Assembly: GCF_001457615.1 (NCBI RefSeq)
Contig: NZ_LN831024.1
Location: 3,300,001-3,332,000, forward strand
DNA from: Pseudomonas aeruginosa
GTDB taxonomy: Bacteria > Pseudomonadota > Gammaproteobacteria > Pseudomonadales > Pseudomonadaceae
DNA: 32,000 nucleotides
Reading direction: 5' to 3'
Part shown: positions 29,134 to 32,000 of the stretch, in pieces
Layout: the number at the start of each line of letters is the position of its first letter
Position numbering within the stretch: position 1 is the stretch's first letter
The notes under the pieces: generated by a model
What the model was told of the DNA's origin: nothing
The model's input: only the letters and a program-made list of their open reading frames with translations
The model's database searches: none
Program-made: the position numbers and the translations under genes

Positions 29134-29693
29134 GTCGCGACCGTCTGTACACCTGGGCCGGCCTGTGGCGCTCGCCGTCGTCCAGCTGGGAGGCCCTGCG
29201 CCTGGAGGACGACCAGGCGGAAAGCCAGTTGCGCGCGCCGGACGAACGCAGCGGCCTGCCCTACCAATTGGACTACCGGCTGCGCTGGGACGCCGACTGG
29301 CATCTGCGTGAGGCGGTGTTCCACGTCGAAAGCGAAACCGGGGTGCGCAAGCTGCACCTGCTCGCCGATGGCCGCGGCCACTGGCAGGACGGCGACGGCG
29401 AAGCGCTACCGGCATTCGACGGTTGCCTGGACATCGATATTTGGCCAAGCCCCTTCACCAACACCTTCCCGATCCGCCGCCTGGGCCTGGCCGATGGCCA
29501 GCGCGCGGAAATCCGCGCGCTCTACATCGAGGCCCCGGCCCTGGAGCCGCGTAGCATGCGCCAGGCATACACCCGTCTGGACGCCAGCCACTACCTCTAC
29601 GAGAACCTCGAAGGCAGCGCGTTCAAAGCGGTACTGCTGGTGGACGAACAGGGCCTGGTGATCGATTACCCGGGTCTCTTCCAGCGTCTCTGA
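29130..29693 (+). CDS. Conserved hypothetical protein (PA1994-like; possibly of the 'putative glycolipid-binding' domain family)
   Basis: 187 aa from MSRDRLYTWAGLW. It is translationally coupled to the upstream gene (ATGA at 29130-29133) and its codon usage looks consistent with its neighbours. The family assignment is a weak recollection. Confidence 0.7.
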   Translation: MSRDRLYTWAGLWRSPSSSWEALRLEDDQAESQLRAPDERSGLPYQLDYRLRWDADWHLREAVFHVESETGVRKLHLLADGRGHWQDGDGEALPAFDGCLDIDIWPSPFTNTFPIRRLGLADGQRAEIRALYIEAPALEPRSMRQAYTRLDASHYLYENLEGSAFKAVLLVDEQGLVIDYPGLFQRL

Positions 29694-29817
29694 ACGCGCT
29701 AGCGCCGGGCACCGCGCGTCGCCGATAGCCCGGCGAATCCGTTAGCCTGCTTTCATTCGTCATCTGCAACGGTCATCATGGCGGACCGCGACAACCCACT
29801 GCGACCGCGTTTCCCAC

Positions 29818-31026
29818 ATGTCCGTCGATATCCGCCCCACCCCGCCGGCGCAGGACAGCGCCCGGCAGAACGTCACCCTGCAGATCGTCTCGGTGGTGAT
29901 GTTCACCTTCATCGGCTACCTGACCATCGGCATCCCGCTGGCGGTGCTGCCCGGCTACGTGCACGACGACCTCGGCTACGGCTCGGTGCTGGCCGGCCTG
30001 GTGATCAGCCTGCAGTACCTCGCCACCCTGCTCGCCCGGCCCTACGCCGGGCGCGTCATCGACGGCCTCGGGCCGAAGCGCGCGGTGCTCTACGGCATGG
30101 CCGGCAGCGCCGCGAGCGGGCTGTTCATGCTGCTCTCGGTGGCGATCCAGGGCTGGCCGGCGCTGAGCCTGGCCAGCCTGCTGGTCGGCCGCCTGGTACT
30201 CGGCGCGGCGGAAAGCCTGGTCGGCTCGGCGGCGATCGGCTGGGGCATCGGCCGGGTCGGCGCGCCGCACACCGCCAAGGTGATTTCCTGGAACGGCATC
30301 GCCAGCTACGGCGCCATCGCCCTCGGGGCGCCGCTAGGGGTGCTGCTGGTGCAGTGGCTGGGGCTGTGGAGCATGGGCGCGTCCATCGTCCTGCTCGGGG
30401 CGCTCGGCTTCGCCCTGGCCTGGCCGAAGTTGCCGGCGCCGCTGGTGCACGGCGAGCGACTGCCGTTCCAGCATGTGCTCGGCCGGGTCACCCCGCACGG
30501 TATGGGCCTGGCGCTGGGGGCGATCGGCTTCGGCACCATCGCCACCTTCATCACCCTTTATTACGCCAGCCGTGGCTGGGCCAACGCAGTGCTCTGCCTG
30601 AGTGCCTTCGGCGGTTGCTTCATCGGCGCCCGGCTGTTGTTCGCCAATAGCATCAACCGGCTCGGCGGCTTCCGCGTGGCGATCATCTGCCTCGGCGTCG
30701 AAAGCCTCGGCCTGCTGTTGCTGTGGAGCGCGCCGAATCCCTGGGTCGGCCTGGCCGGCGCGGCGCTCACCGGCTTCGGCTTCTCCCTGGTGTTCCCGGC
30801 GTTCGGCGTGGAAGCGGTGAACCTGGTACCGGCTTCCAACCGTGGCGCGGCGCTGGGCGCCTACTCGCTGTTCGTCGACCTGTCGCTGGGCATCACCGGG
30901 CCGCTGGTGGGCTTCGTCGCCAACCTGTTCGGCTTCCGCTCGATGTTCCTCTTCGCCTGCCTGGCCTCGCTCGGCGGGCTGGCCCTGGCCGTCGCACTGC
31001 ACCGGCGCAGCCGCCGGCCCGTCTAG
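29818..31026 (+). CDS. MFS transporter of the YhhS/YfcJ type
   Basis: 402 aa. The N-terminal region [59 protein letters not shown] closely parallels E. coli YhhS as I recall it. There is no obvious Shine-Dalgarno, so the start is less certain. Confidence 0.82.
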   Translation: MSVDIRPTPPAQDSARQNVTLQIVSVVMFTFIGYLTIGIPLAVLPGYVHDDLGYGSVLAGLVISLQYLATLLARPYAGRVIDGLGPKRAVLYGMAGSAASGLFMLLSVAIQGWPALSLASLLVGRLVLGAAESLVGSAAIGWGIGRVGAPHTAKVISWNGIASYGAIALGAPLGVLLVQWLGLWSMGASIVLLGALGFALAWPKLPAPLVHGERLPFQHVLGRVTPHGMGLALGAIGFGTIATFITLYYASRGWANAVLCLSAFGGCFIGARLLFANSINRLGGFRVAIICLGVESLGLLLLWSAPNPWVGLAGAALTGFGFSLVFPAFGVEAVNLVPASNRGAALGAYSLFVDLSLGITGPLVGFVANLFGFRSMFLFACLASLGGLALAVALHRRSRRPV

Positions 31027-31058
31027 GGCGTGCACCGTCCCAGGCGGCGGTACGCGTT

Positions 31059-32000
31059 CTAGAGCTCGCCGAGCAAGGCGCTCAGGGCCGCGCGCAACTT
31101 GCCGGGCTTCAGCGGCTTGTTGAGCAGCGGCACGCCCAGGCGGGCCAGCGCGCGGCGGCAATCGTCGCTGCGGTCGGCGGTGATCATCACCGCGGCGATC
31201 TCCGCGCCGTAGTCCTCGCGCAAGGCGCCCAGCAACTGGCAACCGGTAGCGCCGTGGTCCAGGTGGTAGTCGACCAGGATCGCATCCGGCGCGCGGCCAT
31301 CGAGCGCCTTGCGCGCGCCTTCCAGGTCGGTGGCGGTAAGCACCTCGCAGCCCCACTGGCAGAGCAGCGCGGACATGCTGAAGAGAATCTCGGTCTCGTT
31401 GTCCACCACCAGCAGCAGCCGTCCCGGCAGCGGATCACCAGCCGAAACCCGCGCAATCGCCTCGCCGGGTGCTGGCCGCGCCGGCTTGCGGACCAGCGGC
31501 ACCTCGATGGCGAACAGCGAGCCTCGGCCTGGAGTCGAATGCACCTCGATGCGGTAGCCGAGGATGCCGGCGATACGGTCGACGATGGCCAGCCCGAGTC
31601 CGACGCCACGGCGCTCGGAAGCGCGCCCGGCGTCCAGTTGGTTGAACTCGAGGAAGATCGCCTGCAACTGGTCGGCGGGGATGCCCCGGCCAGTGTCCCA
31701 CACCTCCAGGCGTACCTTGCCGCCACGCCGGCGCGCCCCCAGCAGCACGCTGCCGCGCTCGGTGTAGCGGCAGGCGTTGCTGAGCAAGTTGCGCAGGATC
31801 CGCGACAGCAGGCGCGCGTCGGTGCGCACTGCCAGTCGCGGGATCCGCGCACGCAGGGCCAGGCCGGCGGCACGCGCGACTTCCTCGAACTCCGAGGCCA
31901 GCGGAGCGAGCAGTTCGTCGAGGGAATAGTCGCCCAGGTCCGGACGGATCGCGCTCTGGTCGAGCCGGGCGATTTCCAGCAGGTCGGTGAGCAAGGTCTC
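31059..32000 (-). CDS. ercS: Hybrid sensor histidine kinase / response regulator, 5'-truncated by the window edge (HATPase_c + receiver domains visible)
   Basis: ATPase N/G boxes are present (LRNLLSNACRYT, VWDTGRGIP, GVGLGLAIV), followed by a REC domain (LLLVVDNE, ILVDYHLD, LLNKPLKP). The frame is open to the window end. The symbol is assigned from the remembered PAO1 synteny (PA1992). Confidence 0.8.
   Translation of the reverse strand, partial: ETLLTDLLEIARLDQSAIRPDLGDYSLDELLAPLASEFEEVARAAGLALRARIPRLAVRTDARLLSRILRNLLSNACRYTERGSVLLGARRRGGKVRLEVWDTGRGIPADQLQAIFLEFNQLDAGRASERRGVGLGLAIVDRIAGILGYRIEVHSTPGRGSLFAIEVPLVRKPARPAPGEAIARVSAGDPLPGRLLLVVDNETEILFSMSALLCQWGCEVLTATDLEGARKALDGRAPDAILVDYHLDHGATGCQLLGALREDYGAEIAAVMITADRSDDCRRALARLGVPLLNKPLKPGKLRAALSALLGEL

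Overview
The window is GC-rich DNA of the Pseudomonas aeruginosa core-chromosome type. From memory (no alignment was possible) it is colinear with PAO1 PA2018 down to PA1992, read in the opposite orientation. In order it contains:
- the 3' ~900 codons of the RND pump gene mexY
- a 72-codon relic of an outer-membrane-factor gene (oprA-like)
- a YjiK-like secreted protein gene
- liuR-liuABCDE (leucine/isovalerate catabolism)
- hmgR plus hmgA-fahA-maiA (homogentisate pathway)
- an aromatic-acid-type MFS transporter
- the sigma-54 activator hbcR plus a permease-bdhA operon (3-hydroxybutyrate)
- an atoE-like transporter, atoB and dhcAB, with divergent dhcR (acetoacetate/dehydrocarnitine)
- an acetoacetyl-CoA synthetase
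- ppiC1
- two small overlapping conserved genes
- a YhhS-like MFS transporter
- the 3' part of the hybrid sensor kinase ercS

I saw no rRNA, tRNA, CRISPR array, IS/transposase, integrase, phage or defence-type genes. Every large gene is accounted for by a well-known family. I therefore find no support for a novel multi-gene system here and prefer to say so.

The observations worth a second look are:
1. A 1-nt deletion in a C-run splits liuD (methylcrotonyl-CoA carboxylase alpha subunit) into two frames.
2. An oprA-like lipoprotein relic is translationally coupled to mexY.
3. Several clean operator-like palindromes sit in the divergent regulatory regions (liuR, hmgR/hmgA, dhcR/dhcA), and a sigma-54 promoter lies upstream of the permease-bdhA operon.
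4. A 16-bp perfect GC hairpin separates dhcB from atoB.
5. Two copies of one REP-like hairpin family, plus CCCTCTCCC-type inverted repeats, lie in convergent intergenic regions.
6. At pathway level, almost every catabolic module in the window produces or consumes acetoacetate.

The many long antisense or out-of-frame ORFs in the track are high-GC artefacts.
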